Assembly (NCBI GenBank): GCA_964509195.1
Contig: CAZDWJ010000002.1
Location: 74,922-138,921, forward strand
Direction of reading: 5' to 3'
DNA: 64,000 nt
Source of the DNA: an uncultured Leptospira sp.
Lineage (GTDB): Bacteria; Spirochaetota; UBA4802; UB4802
Position numbers and translations under genes: made by a program. The notes beneath the pieces were generated by a model that did not search any database, was not told the origin of the DNA, and worked only from the letters and a program-made list of their open reading frames with translations. Shown one piece after another: positions 20,575 through 30,770 of the stretch. Numbering within the stretch: position 1 is the first letter of the stretch; each line of letters begins with the position of its first letter.

Positions 20575-22064
20575 AATCACCGCGCTTGTCATTATACAGA
20601 GCGATTACTCAACTTGTTTTCTGGTTAGTGTTTGTTACCAGTATCATTTATCTACATGATCCCATTTCAGATGTTGCGTATTGTTGTTATCCATCATTAT
20701 CAATCCACACAATAAGTATTGGATACATTGTAGGTCATGCAGTAAAATACGCACTGATGGGCATTGCTATTGGTGTTGGTACAGTGTTGTTAGGAAGATT
20801 CTTCTGCGGGTGGATATGCCCGTTAGGTGGAACAATAGATGCTGCAGATGGTGTTATTCAGACACAAGAAAAAATTAAAAATAAAAAAAAGATTACCAGG
20901 ATAAAATATTTAGTATTAGCAAGTTCCGTTCTTATAGCTTTGCTGGGTTTCAATGTTGCAGGCTATATTGACCCTATTACAATTGCATATCGCAGTTATG
21001 AATTGTTTCTGTATCCATTTGTGTCATTTATTGGATCTGAACCACTCTCTTGTGTTCTTCCCGGATATCAGGCGCGGGATTATCCATTTTATTACTACAA
21101 TTGGGCATGGATAGCTATAGTGTTTTTTGGTGTGCTTGGTTTATCGGGATTTTTAAGAAGATTCTGGTGCAGGGTGTTGTGTCCCTTAGGTGCTATGTAT
21201 GCACTTGTATCACATTTTTCATTTTTCAGAAGAGTGGTGGATACAAATAAATGTGTACATTGCGGTGTGTGCGTCAAAGGATGTCGTGTGGGGGCGATAG
21301 TAACCGATGGTGTTGGCACAATGGAACATGAATGTATTAAATGTTTTGATTGCCTTAAACACTGCAAGTATGATGCTATTTCCTTTCAATTTTCATCACC
21401 AACGAAAGTCAAAAGTGCTGATGTTCCCGGGAGAGGAATTACACGCAAGGATCTGCTAGTTGTTGCAGGTTCATCGGTTATGATTGCAGCATCAAGGGTG
21501 TCACTTTTTGCTGCATCGCATGAAAGCTTTATTATACGGCCTCCCGGTGCATTGCCTGAATCACCATTTCTTGATGCGTGTATTCGCTGTGGGCAGTGCA
21601 TGAATGTTTGCCCTACCAATGCACTGCATCCGTGTATGGTTGAAGCTGGTTTTTATGGGATGTTTACTCCGCGATTGATATCGCGGATTGGCTATTGTGA
21701 TTTTACCTGCACACGGTGCGGTCATGTATGTCCCACAGGTGCTATACAGGAGCTATCGCTTAAAGAAAAACAAAAATTTGTGATTGGAACTGCATACATT
21801 ATACGTGATATTTGCATACCCTGGTCAGAAGCACGAAATTGTATTGTATGTGAGGAAGTGTGTCCTGTTGCCAGGAAGGCGATTACTCTTGAAAAAACAA
21901 TTGCAAAAAATAAAGATGGCCTCAATGTTGAAGTTTTATTGCCAATAGTTCATGAAGACAGATGTATTGGGTGTGGAATATGTGAAAACAAATGCCCGGT
22001 GAACGGACAGGCAGCCATTGTAGTACGTAAACCAAAGCTTACGATTGGAGAGCACTATGGGTAA
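20571..22064 (+). CDS. membrane-bound polyferredoxin (NapH/MauN/NosR-like CX3CP motifs plus about six [4Fe-4S] motifs)
   Basis: 497 aa. N-terminal TM helices. CGWICPLGG and CRVLCPLGAMY (CX3CP). Ferredoxin motifs CVHCGVCVKGC, CIKCFDCLKHC, CIRCGQCMNVCP, CTRCGHVCP, CIVCEEVCP and CIGCGICENKCP. Confidence 0.7.
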   Translation: MKSPRLSLYRAITQLVFWLVFVTSIIYLHDPISDVAYCCYPSLSIHTISIGYIVGHAVKYALMGIAIGVGTVLLGRFFCGWICPLGGTIDAADGVIQTQEKIKNKKKITRIKYLVLASSVLIALLGFNVAGYIDPITIAYRSYELFLYPFVSFIGSEPLSCVLPGYQARDYPFYYYNWAWIAIVFFGVLGLSGFLRRFWCRVLCPLGAMYALVSHFSFFRRVVDTNKCVHCGVCVKGCRVGAIVTDGVGTMEHECIKCFDCLKHCKYDAISFQFSSPTKVKSADVPGRGITRKDLLVVAGSSVMIAASRVSLFAASHESFIIRPPGALPESPFLDACIRCGQCMNVCPTNALHPCMVEAGFYGMFTPRLISRIGYCDFTCTRCGHVCPTGAIQELSLKEKQKFVIGTAYIIRDICIPWSEARNCIVCEEVCPVARKAITLEKTIAKNKDGLNVEVLLPIVHEDRCIGCGICENKCPVNGQAAIVVRKPKLTIGEHYG

Positions 22065-22962
22065 TGGAAAAGAGAATGAGGCAAAAGTTGCCAAACAGGT
22101 TACTTGGATTGGAATGATTATGAATATACTCCTTTCCGGGTTTAAATTTATTGCGGGCATATTGGGTCATAGTCAGGCAATGGTTGCTGATGCAGTACAC
22201 AGCTTTTCTGATTTAACTACTGATATAGCAGTACTTATTGGTATTCAATACTGGGCAAGTCCTGCTGATGAGGATCATCCGTATGGGCATGAACGAATAG
22301 AAAGCATTGTGACAGCATTCATTGCGGTAGCTTTATTTGCAGTGGGTGTTGGGATAGCGTATAATGGTTTGATAACTGTTTTTGAACCTGATAAAAAAAG
22401 CCCTGAAGCTATTGCACTTGTAGCTGCGTTGATATCAATTATAACAAAAGAGTGGCTATACCGCTGGACAGTGAAAAAAGGAAAAGAAATTGATTCTTCA
22501 TCCGTTGTTGCCAATGCATGGCATCATCGATCAGACGCATTGAGTTCTATTCCCGCACTTGTTGCAGTAGCACTGGCCATGGCACACCCTAAATTAGCTT
22601 TTTTAGATCATGTGGGTGCAGCTGTTGTTGCTTTATTTATAATAAAAGTTTCATTTGAAATTTTAAAGCCAGTGATACAGGAATTATCGGATAAAGGTGC
22701 AACAAGGTCACAGGTTAATACAATAGATTCAATAGCAATGATGGTTAATGGTGTAAAAGAAGTGCACAGTATTCGCTCACGACGTGTTGGCAGCGGTTAT
22801 TTTGTTGATCTCCATGTGTTGGTTGATGGCAATATGTCGGTTCATGATGGACACGATATTGCCCGCAGTGTGAAGCACGAATTAATAAATAAAGGGCCCA
22901 AAGTGCTCGATGTAATTGTACACTTAGAACCTTATGAAACATCATCAAAAAAGTTCAAGTGA
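22057..22962 (+). CDS. cation diffusion facilitator (CDF) family metal efflux transporter
   Basis: HSFSD...D TM motif, six TMs and a C-terminal cytoplasmic domain (VHSIRSRRVGSGYFVDLHV). ATG at 22057 follows RBS ggagag and overlaps the upstream stop by 8 nt. Confidence 0.85.
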   Translation: MGNGKENEAKVAKQVTWIGMIMNILLSGFKFIAGILGHSQAMVADAVHSFSDLTTDIAVLIGIQYWASPADEDHPYGHERIESIVTAFIAVALFAVGVGIAYNGLITVFEPDKKSPEAIALVAALISIITKEWLYRWTVKKGKEIDSSSVVANAWHHRSDALSSIPALVAVALAMAHPKLAFLDHVGAAVVALFIIKVSFEILKPVIQELSDKGATRSQVNTIDSIAMMVNGVKEVHSIRSRRVGSGYFVDLHVLVDGNMSVHDGHDIARSVKHELINKGPKVLDVIVHLEPYETSSKKFK

Positions 22963-23735
22963 AACCATACACAGTAACAATTCGCTTTTATGAAGAACTG
23001 AATGACTTCCTTCCCTATGATAAGCAAAAAGTAGCATTTTCAGTGAGCTGGAAGGGCAAACGAAGCATAAAAGATTTAATTGAATCGTTGGGAGTACCGC
23101 ATGTTGAAGTTGACCTTATTCTGGTAAATGGAATCTCAGTTGGATTTGATTATATTGTTCAGGATAACGATTACATCAGCGTGTATCCAGTTTTTGAACA
23201 ATTTGAAATCAGTAACATAACACGACTGCGGCCTCAAAGCTTACGCATGCCAACTTTTATCTGTGATGTCCATTTACGAAAATTAGTGAAGTACCTGCGT
23301 TTGTTTGGGTTTGATGTATTGTATGATGAAAAGTGGGATGATAAAGATCTGGCACAGATAGCAGCCGAGCAAAAGCGTATTTTACTTACCCGTGACCGAC
23401 AATTACTGATGAGAAAAATTGTTGATAGGGGATTGATTGTCCGCAATACCAGTCCTCAAAAACAAATAGTGGAAATTCTTGATAGGTTGGATTTATGGGA
23501 TAAGGTAAATCCATTCAGCCGCTGCATTATGTGTAATGGTACAGTTATTGAGTTTTCCAGCAGCACTGAAGAATTTGAAAAGGAAAAATCACGAATCCCG
23601 CCGGGAGTGATTAGCTGGTGTAATGAATATTATAAATGCATGCAATGTGGGAAAATATACTGGGAAGGAAGCCACTATGAAAAGCTTACAAAAAAAATAG
23701 AAACAATAATACATCAAAAATTTAAAAATACATGA
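22959..23735 (+). CDS. Mut7-C (DUF82) family protein: N-terminal ubiquitin-like fold, PIN-like RNase domain, C-terminal zinc ribbon
   Basis: 258 aa. Central PIN-like segment FICDVHLRKLVKYLRLFGFDV...LLTRD and C-terminal CIMCNG...CMQCG zinc ribbon. GTG start overlaps the CDF stop (GTGA). Confidence 0.65.
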   Translation: MKPYTVTIRFYEELNDFLPYDKQKVAFSVSWKGKRSIKDLIESLGVPHVEVDLILVNGISVGFDYIVQDNDYISVYPVFEQFEISNITRLRPQSLRMPTFICDVHLRKLVKYLRLFGFDVLYDEKWDDKDLAQIAAEQKRILLTRDRQLLMRKIVDRGLIVRNTSPQKQIVEILDRLDLWDKVNPFSRCIMCNGTVIEFSSSTEEFEKEKSRIPPGVISWCNEYYKCMQCGKIYWEGSHYEKLTKKIETIIHQKFKNT

Positions 23736-23779
23736 CAGGAAAATAAATATTCACTGAGATAAAATGACTAAGGGGCAAT

Positions 23780-25405
23780 ATGAAGGTTGTACTTGGCTAC
23801 TGTGTGGAAAAAGAACATTATCATGATTATTATATTACGTTGCTACCTGTTGGACTTGTTTCTATAGCTTCATATTTGTCACATAAAGAATATGATGTAA
23901 CTTTAGCAAATTTTGCCCAAAAAAGCCCTGAACAGATAATAAGAGAGATCAAAGCTATAAAACCTCACATTATTGGCTTTTCATTATATACACATAATCG
24001 CTGGAGTACTTTTACAATAATCCAAAAAATTAAAAAAATCTTTCCACATATTGTGATTGTAGTTGGTGGCCCTCATGCTACTTTTCTTTCACATGAGATT
24101 GTTGCGCGCTATCCCTCTATTGACTATGTGGTGGAAGGTGAAGGGGAAGATGCCATGCTTGCAATTGCAAAGGCAGTGGAAGCAAAAAAGCCACTTCAGC
24201 AAAAAATAATTAAGCAAAACAATCTAAATATTCATTCATTACCATATCCCGCAAAGTTTAAAGGAAATCTTACCGGAGTAAATATTAATGAGCAATTCAA
24301 GTATATCATAACCTCTCGCGGTTGTAGTTATCAGTGCACATTTTGTGATTCACCGTCATTCTGGGGAAGAAAGGTCAGATTTAGGGATGTTGATGATGTT
24401 GTTGATGAGCTGGATATATTGTATAAAAAATATGGGATAATTTATTTTTCTATCAGGGATGATAATTTTTCCTTAAAAAAAGATCGTGTGCAGGAACTAT
24501 CGAACAAAATAATAAAGAAAAAGCTTTTTATGATGTGGAACTGCCAGGCGCGTGTGGATGCGGTTGATGAAGAAATGCTTGTTGCAATGAAGAAAGCGGG
24601 GTTGGAACACATACAGTATGGTGTTGAATCAGGTTCTGAAAAGATTTTAGCACTGTATGATAAAAAGATAACCATAGAAAAAATTATACAGGCTACCATA
24701 ATAACCCGTAAGGTAGGGGTATATCTTTCGGTGTATCTGATGGTTGGGATGAAACATGAAACCTATGATGACATAAAAAAAACAAAGAAGCTTATTGGAT
24801 TGATGTTACCTGGCGATTGTGTTGTTTCCCCTGTTGCTCTGTACCCAGGAACAAGGCTGTATGAAGAACAGAAAGAGCAGGGTGTTCTGAGCGATAGTAT
24901 ATGGTTTAAGAAAAAAGATACAGGAATATTTCTACGCAATGAACCAATTATTAAAGAATGGATGAATGAATTATTGATGACCACATTTAATCTGAGGAAC
25001 AAAGCATGGTATACAGCCAGAGACTTTGCATTGCACAGAAAAGTTGTGGGCGACTGCTGGGTAACTGATATTCTGGAAGGTGATTATTATTTAGATAATG
25101 AAAGATATCCCGAAGCATCACGTGTGTATTCAAAAGTTATGAAAACCATGCCTAACAATCCCTGGGGGTACATGCGATATGGTAAACTTCAATTTTCTAT
25201 TGGTGACTATGAAACTGCAATGGACAGTTTTTTTGAAGTAACAAAAATTGTTCCCAATTACTATGGTGGGTGGTTAAAATATGCACAGAGTTGTGTAGCA
25301 TTGGGTATAAAGGATAAAGCACAGGAATCAATTAAGAAAGCGATAGAACTAAATAGATATGATGAAAGAGTACGTTCATTGTATAACTTATTGAATAAAA
25401 AGTAG
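23780..25405 (+). CDS. B12-binding-domain radical SAM protein with C-terminal TPR repeats
   Basis: N-terminal cobalamin-binding-like region (IIGFSLYTHN, VVGGPHATF). Radical SAM CSYQCTFC (Cx3Cx2C). Last roughly 130 aa are TPR-like. Confidence 0.75.
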   Translation: MKVVLGYCVEKEHYHDYYITLLPVGLVSIASYLSHKEYDVTLANFAQKSPEQIIREIKAIKPHIIGFSLYTHNRWSTFTIIQKIKKIFPHIVIVVGGPHATFLSHEIVARYPSIDYVVEGEGEDAMLAIAKAVEAKKPLQQKIIKQNNLNIHSLPYPAKFKGNLTGVNINEQFKYIITSRGCSYQCTFCDSPSFWGRKVRFRDVDDVVDELDILYKKYGIIYFSIRDDNFSLKKDRVQELSNKIIKKKLFMMWNCQARVDAVDEEMLVAMKKAGLEHIQYGVESGSEKILALYDKKITIEKIIQATIITRKVGVYLSVYLMVGMKHETYDDIKKTKKLIGLMLPGDCVVSPVALYPGTRLYEEQKEQGVLSDSIWFKKKDTGIFLRNEPIIKEWMNELLMTTFNLRNKAWYTARDFALHRKVVGDCWVTDILEGDYYLDNERYPEASRVYSKVMKTMPNNPWGYMRYGKLQFSIGDYETAMDSFFEVTKIVPNYYGGWLKYAQSCVALGIKDKAQESIKKAIELNRYDERVRSLYNLLNKK

Positions 25406-25568
25406 ATTACACCCTGCCGCTATAGTGAGTGGGGTGTGAACTTTATTATTTGTAAAATATATTTTAATGAAATATTGGTAGAAAAAGTTTTAATTTTTTT
25501 TCAATTTTATTTACATCAAGCGTATTGATTATATAAATACTATAAGCAAATACATAATAGATAAATAA

Positions 25569-26852
25569 ATGTCCTTGAAAGCAAATAAAAATCAGTTAAA
25601 AGCAATAAATGCTGAATTAGGAGTACACCTTGTCATTGCTTCGGCTGGCAGTGGCAAGACATATATTGTTATACAGCGTAGCATTGCGTTAATTAATAAG
25701 GGATTATGCAGGCCTGGTCAGCTTCTGTTGCTTACCTTTAGCAGAAAAGCTGCTGATGAGCTTAAAAAAAGAATAATCTCTGTCCTTGGTGATTGCGGAA
25801 AGGAAATCGTTGCGTCTACCTTTCATTCATTTTGTTTGCAGCATATTGTGAAACGCCATATGAACACTGTAACGGTGCTAGATGAAGAAACGTCAGAAAA
25901 AATAATCAAAGAAATAATAGAAAAACATATCGATGAACTTTATGGTATACCCACATCAGTAGTGTATAAGATGCTTTCAAAAGCTGAGATAATGGACACA
26001 TTGCCTTCTGATATAAATAACAAGATTACGAATATTAAAAAGGAATATTCTGAATACAAGAAGAAACACAATTATATTGATTTTGAAGATATGATTAATA
26101 ATTCAATTGAGTATTTATCTAATGATGAATCATTACGGAGTGAAATACAGCAAAAATTCAAATATATTATGGTAGATGAATTTCAGGATACATCAGAAAA
26201 TAATTTCAAACTTTTGAAATTACTTCTGCCAGAACAAAACCCCAATGTCTTTATGGTTGGCGATGACTGGCAATCGATATATAAATTTCGCAATGCACAG
26301 ATAAAGTATATCGTTAATGCAAAAAAATATTTTGATAATCTCACAGTACACTCTCTTAACAGTAACTATCGGTCCAAAAAGGAGATTATCCGGCTTTCAA
26401 ACAGATTGATTGCAAAAAATAAATTCCGTTCACGTCGTTGGGTCAGGTCCATACGCGGCAGCGGTGGTAAAGTGTTGTTACACAGAGTAAATTCATTTGA
26501 AGAAGAGGCAAAAGTTGCCGGAGCTATCGCACAACAATATGATGCAGCACATTCCATAGGTGTTCTGTACAGGAATAACTGGCAGGGTGATTTTTTGCAA
26601 TCAAGGATTAACAATGGAAACAATATTCAGTTTATGACGATCCATTCGGCTAAAGGGTTGGAGTTTGACGTTGTTATAATATGTGGTGTGAAGGACAAGC
26701 TGTTGCCTGACCCCTATACCGATATTGAAGAAGAACGGCGATTGATGTATGTTGCTCTCACACGGGCAAAAAACTGCTTGCATATTATGTATCACCCTAC
26801 CTATAGTAACCAGAAACCACAATTCATCGAAGAGTGCGAATCATATATGTAA
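25569..26852 (+). CDS. compact UvrD/PcrA-like SF1 helicase (427 aa)
   Basis: Motif I ASAGSGKT, Ia, II MVDEFQD, III GDDWQSIYKFR, IV YRS, VI VALTRAK. Roughly 300 aa shorter than canonical UvrD. Confidence 0.75.
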   Translation: MSLKANKNQLKAINAELGVHLVIASAGSGKTYIVIQRSIALINKGLCRPGQLLLLTFSRKAADELKKRIISVLGDCGKEIVASTFHSFCLQHIVKRHMNTVTVLDEETSEKIIKEIIEKHIDELYGIPTSVVYKMLSKAEIMDTLPSDINNKITNIKKEYSEYKKKHNYIDFEDMINNSIEYLSNDESLRSEIQQKFKYIMVDEFQDTSENNFKLLKLLLPEQNPNVFMVGDDWQSIYKFRNAQIKYIVNAKKYFDNLTVHSLNSNYRSKKEIIRLSNRLIAKNKFRSRRWVRSIRGSGGKVLLHRVNSFEEEAKVAGAIAQQYDAAHSIGVLYRNNWQGDFLQSRINNGNNIQFMTIHSAKGLEFDVVIICGVKDKLLPDPYTDIEEERRLMYVALTRAKNCLHIMYHPTYSNQKPQFIEECESYM

Positions 26853-26929
26853 CAAAATTATGGATTATTGTACACAATAGTGCAATGACCCGTATCGTTT
26901 CATCTGCGAGTTGTAAATACGGTTGAACT

Positions 26930-27814
26930 ATGGATTATATCTTAGAAGTTAATAATCTTTATAAATATTTCCCCGGTGTTAAAGCTGTTGATGATGTGAG
27001 CTTTGCTATTCCGTATGGCATTTGCTTTGGATTGCTTGGCCCAAATGGCGCAGGTAAAACAACAACCATTGAAGTAATTGAGGGAATTCAAAAGCCAGAT
27101 AGTGGAACAATATTGTATAAGGGCAAACCGCGTGATCATCATTTTAAACAGGAAGTTGGTATTCAGCTGCAGCACACTGAATTGCAGCAATATCTTACTG
27201 TAAAAGAAATTCTTTTAACCTTCAGGAATCTTTATGCACGCAGGGCTCCAATGGATGAGTTGGTATCACTGTGTTTTCTTGATGAGATACTGGACAGGGA
27301 TAACAGGAAGATATCAGGTGGACAAAAGCAGAGGTTACTTTTAGCGATAGCTTTAGCAAATAATCCTGAGCTGTTGTTTCTTGATGAGCCAACCACAGGC
27401 CTTGATCCACAGGCACGGCGCCACGTGTGGGATATAGTGCAATCTATCAAAAAGAAAGGTAAAACCATAATACTGACTACACACTATATGGAAGAAGCAC
27501 AAACGCTGTGCGATGTGGTGGCAATTATGGATCATGGCAAGATCATTGCAATGGATTCACCCATTAATCTGCTCAACCAGCATTGCCGAGGTGTTACTAT
27601 TACACTGCCAGCCTTAATCGATGAAAATATTTTACATCAGATGAAATGTGAATGGTTCAATGTAAATAATACCATTGAAATACACACAGAAAAACCCAAT
27701 GATTGTATACGACTGCTTATTGACAATAATGTGGATATCACAGGAATGATGGTTCGCTCCCAGAATTTAGAGGACCTTTTTTTAAAACTTACAGGCACAC
27801 AGTTGAGGGCATAG
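26930..27814 (+). CDS. ABC transporter ATP-binding protein (ABC-2 type exporter)
   Basis: Walker A GPNGAGKTT, signature ISGGQKQR, Walker B LLFLDEPT, H-loop. Confidence 0.9.
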   Translation: MDYILEVNNLYKYFPGVKAVDDVSFAIPYGICFGLLGPNGAGKTTTIEVIEGIQKPDSGTILYKGKPRDHHFKQEVGIQLQHTELQQYLTVKEILLTFRNLYARRAPMDELVSLCFLDEILDRDNRKISGGQKQRLLLAIALANNPELLFLDEPTTGLDPQARRHVWDIVQSIKKKGKTIILTTHYMEEAQTLCDVVAIMDHGKIIAMDSPINLLNQHCRGVTITLPALIDENILHQMKCEWFNVNNTIEIHTEKPNDCIRLLIDNNVDITGMMVRSQNLEDLFLKLTGTQLRA

Positions 27815-27816
27815 GT

Positions 27817-28851
27817 ATGCTGTACAGAATATGGACAATATTTGTAGCACGGACAAAAGAATTTTACCGTGACAGATCGGCACTGGGATGGAATATTATC
27901 TTTCCTCTTTTGATTATCATTGGTTTCAGCGTCGTATTTAGAAGCGAATCATCTCCAATACTTAAAGTTGCTGTGATTAAATCAAATACATTTGAAACAA
28001 ATAATACAGGTAACATACAGTTTAATAAATTTTTAGAATTAAAATATATTGATTTTATAGAATTTCCATCAAAAGAAAAGGCAGTTGAGAGCTTACAAAA
28101 ATTTAAAGTGGATATGGTGCTGGATACTCAAAATAACACATACTTTATCAATGAATCATCACCAAATGGATATTTAGCTGAACAGCTATTAAAAGGAGCG
28201 GGTAGCAGTAGTACATTATTTGCAAAACATTCATTTAAAGGGAAAGGTATTAGATACGTGGAGTGGCTTTTTCCGGGCATTTTAGGTATGAATGCAATGT
28301 TTAACTCATTGTATGGTGTGGGTTATGTGCTTGTAATGTACCGTAAAAATGGCATATTAAAACGATTCAGCGTTGCGCCTGTCAGACCATTTGAGTTTTT
28401 AACAGCACAGATTCTATCACGAATGTTTGTGATGCTTGCCACAACTATTGTCGTGTATATTGGGACAGTGTTATTGTATGGATTTCAATGTAAAGGCTCT
28501 CTGTTTACGTTGTTGCTTGTTTTTGCATTGGGCGGTTTCTGTATGATTGCACTGGGATTGCTTATTGCCTGCCGCAGCGACAGTCAGGAATTTGCTGATG
28601 GACTAATTAATATAATTACATGGCCAATGATGTTTTTGTCTGAGGTGTGGTTTTCGCTTGAAGGGGCACGCCCGTGGGTGCAGAAGGTATCACAGTTATT
28701 GCCACTCACACCCATTGTGGAAGGTGCACGAATGGTTATGAATGAAGGTGCAACATTATTTGATATCCGGTATCAGTTGTTGTATTTACTGGTAGTATCT
28801 GGTGTTTTTTTGTTATTGGGATCAGTATTCTTCAGGTGGCAGCGAAAATAA
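27817..28851 (+). CDS. ABC-2 family transporter permease
   Basis: 344 aa. N-terminal TM, large loop, then 5 TM helices typical of ABC-2 permeases. Starts 3 nt after the ATPase gene. Confidence 0.75.
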   Translation: MLYRIWTIFVARTKEFYRDRSALGWNIIFPLLIIIGFSVVFRSESSPILKVAVIKSNTFETNNTGNIQFNKFLELKYIDFIEFPSKEKAVESLQKFKVDMVLDTQNNTYFINESSPNGYLAEQLLKGAGSSSTLFAKHSFKGKGIRYVEWLFPGILGMNAMFNSLYGVGYVLVMYRKNGILKRFSVAPVRPFEFLTAQILSRMFVMLATTIVVYIGTVLLYGFQCKGSLFTLLLVFALGGFCMIALGLLIACRSDSQEFADGLINIITWPMMFLSEVWFSLEGARPWVQKVSQLLPLTPIVEGARMVMNEGATLFDIRYQLLYLLVVSGVFLLLGSVFFRWQRK

Positions 28852-29001
28852 CAGTATTTCGTTTATTATTCATAAAATAATTTTAAGGAATTATTGGTTG
28901 TCTAAATTTGAAAAAATTTTGAGTTGAAATATAATTGACACTATAATTACATTTTAAGTAATGTCTTTAGCAATAATTCAGTATTTTTGTTCGATAGTTA
29001 C

Positions 29002-29076
29002 GGTGGATGTAGCTCAATGGTAGAGCCCTGGACTGTGGATCCAGTCGTTGCGGGTTCGATCCCCGTCATCCACCCA
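29002..29076 (+). tRNA. tRNA-His (GTG)
   Basis: GGTGGATGTAGCTCAATGGTAGAGCCCTGGACTGTGGATCCAG...GGGTTCGATCCCCGTCATCCACCCA. Extra 5' G(-1) typical of tRNA-His. Anticodon loop CTGTGGA. Confidence 0.85.
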
Positions 29077-29219
29077 TTTTTATTTAATTGAACTTGTAGC
29101 TTGGATGTATTCAAGATGACACTTCTAAAAGCCATGCTTAAAAACAAGTTCAGCACTCAGATAAGAAGACAAAATTTTAGAGAACATTTTATAAAATTTA
29201 TAAATATTTAAGACTCAAC

Positions 29220-29293
<74 letters not shown>

Positions 29294-29314
29294 CATAACC
29301 CAACATGCATCATT

Positions 29315-29950
29315 ATGAGCAAGCTGTATGATCATGACATATTCCGCTATAAACCTACAGAACAGGATTTAAGTATCAATAATCCCTATTTGCAAGAGAT
29401 TTTACGTTATAGCAATCAGGATTTAGATGAGTATCAATACTGGAACCTTCGTCATGAATTAATAAAAAAGTATGCATTTGCTGTACCTACATATCACCTG
29501 CTATCAATTATACAGGAACTATCGCCCATAATTGAAATTGGTGCAGGTAATGGTTACTGGGCATATATGCTTACACAATTAGGCGCTGATGTACTTGCAT
29601 TTGATAAATATCCCCCTGATGAAGCAGAATATCCTTTTTTAAATCATTCAAATAATATATGGTTCACTGAACAGTGGTATGATGTTCATAAGGCTGATGC
29701 ACAGGAAGCGGCTCATTATCCTCATCGAACACTTTTTTTATGCTGGCCTGAACCTCAAAGCACAATGGCGTTTTATGCATTACAGGCATATAAAAGCGCG
29801 GGTGGTCATACAGTTGTTTTTATTGGTGATATGATTGCCTGTGCTGAAAACAGATTTTATGAAATGCTGACAGGCTTCACGGTTAAGTTTCAAGAACAGG
29901 TATGGGGTTACAAATATTTTAACGAATTTATGGCAATATATTCACTATAG
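29315..29950 (+). CDS. hypothetical protein with class-I SAM-methyltransferase-like GxGxG motif
   Basis: 211 aa. IEIGAGNGYWAYML...GADVLAFD resembles MTase motifs I/II. No strong RBS. Immediately downstream of tRNA-Arg. Confidence 0.4.
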   Translation: MSKLYDHDIFRYKPTEQDLSINNPYLQEILRYSNQDLDEYQYWNLRHELIKKYAFAVPTYHLLSIIQELSPIIEIGAGNGYWAYMLTQLGADVLAFDKYPPDEAEYPFLNHSNNIWFTEQWYDVHKADAQEAAHYPHRTLFLCWPEPQSTMAFYALQAYKSAGGHTVVFIGDMIACAENRFYEMLTGFTVKFQEQVWGYKYFNEFMAIYSL

Positions 29951-30074
29951 AGCAACATAGTATGTTATTTTTGGAATATAACAATTTGTTATAATATAAC
30001 AAATTATTATTGAAGAAAAGATGTTGTGTATTATATTATAGATAGTAAATATTAATAGAGATTTCGATGAAATT

Positions 30075-30767
30075 ATGTTTGATAGTCTATTAGAGGAATA
30101 TCGTAAACCTTCGCGTTGCATAGACAGTGATAACCCTGTGGTTATTGATTATGCAAAAAATGTTGTTGGCTCTGAGACTGATGAAACGCAAAAAGCTATC
30201 AAACTTTTTTATGCTGTTCGTGATGATATTAAATATGATCCGTATTCCCCTTTTTACAAACCTGAACACTATTTTGGAAGTTTTGTCCTAAACAGGAAAC
30301 GTGGGTACTGTGTTTCAAAGGCATCGCTTTTATGTGCACTTGCGCGGGCATGTAATATCCCTAGCAGGGTGGGTTTTGCTACTGTTAAAAACCATATAGC
30401 CACAAAGCAGCTTTTGGAGATTCTTGGTACCAACATATTTGTGTATCACGGTTTTACTGAGTTTTATTTAAATGGGAAATGGGTAAAAGCTACCCCAGCA
30501 TTCAATAAAGAGTTATGCCAATTACATAAGGTATCACCTATAGATTTTAATGGGGTAGATGATGCAATTTTTCCGGAGTATAATGCTGAAAAAAAACAAT
30601 ATATGGAATATATTGAATATCAGGGCAGTTTTGCTGATGTACCTGTTGAAATAATTATTGAGGCATGGAAGGAATGCTACGGCAGGGAACGTGTTGAGTT
30701 ATGGATTACCCTCTTTGAGAAAGATTTTGCATCAAGAAATTTTGAGGCTGAAGAGATTGTAAAATAG
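30075..30767 (+). CDS. transglutaminase-like superfamily protein (cytoplasmic; Cys-His-Asp fold)
   Basis: GYCVSKASLLCALARACNIPSRVGFA with conserved Cys, downstream H/D. No signal peptide. Confidence 0.6.
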   Translation: MFDSLLEEYRKPSRCIDSDNPVVIDYAKNVVGSETDETQKAIKLFYAVRDDIKYDPYSPFYKPEHYFGSFVLNRKRGYCVSKASLLCALARACNIPSRVGFATVKNHIATKQLLEILGTNIFVYHGFTEFYLNGKWVKATPAFNKELCQLHKVSPIDFNGVDDAIFPEYNAEKKQYMEYIEYQGSFADVPVEIIIEAWKECYGRERVELWITLFEKDFASRNFEAEEIVK

Positions 30768-30770
30768 TAT

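Noticed and set aside
25406-25450. Hairpin after the B12-radical SAM gene (acaccc...gggtgt) as terminator
   Set aside because: Only a 6-bp stem with a 17-nt loop and no clean U-tract. Too weak to call.
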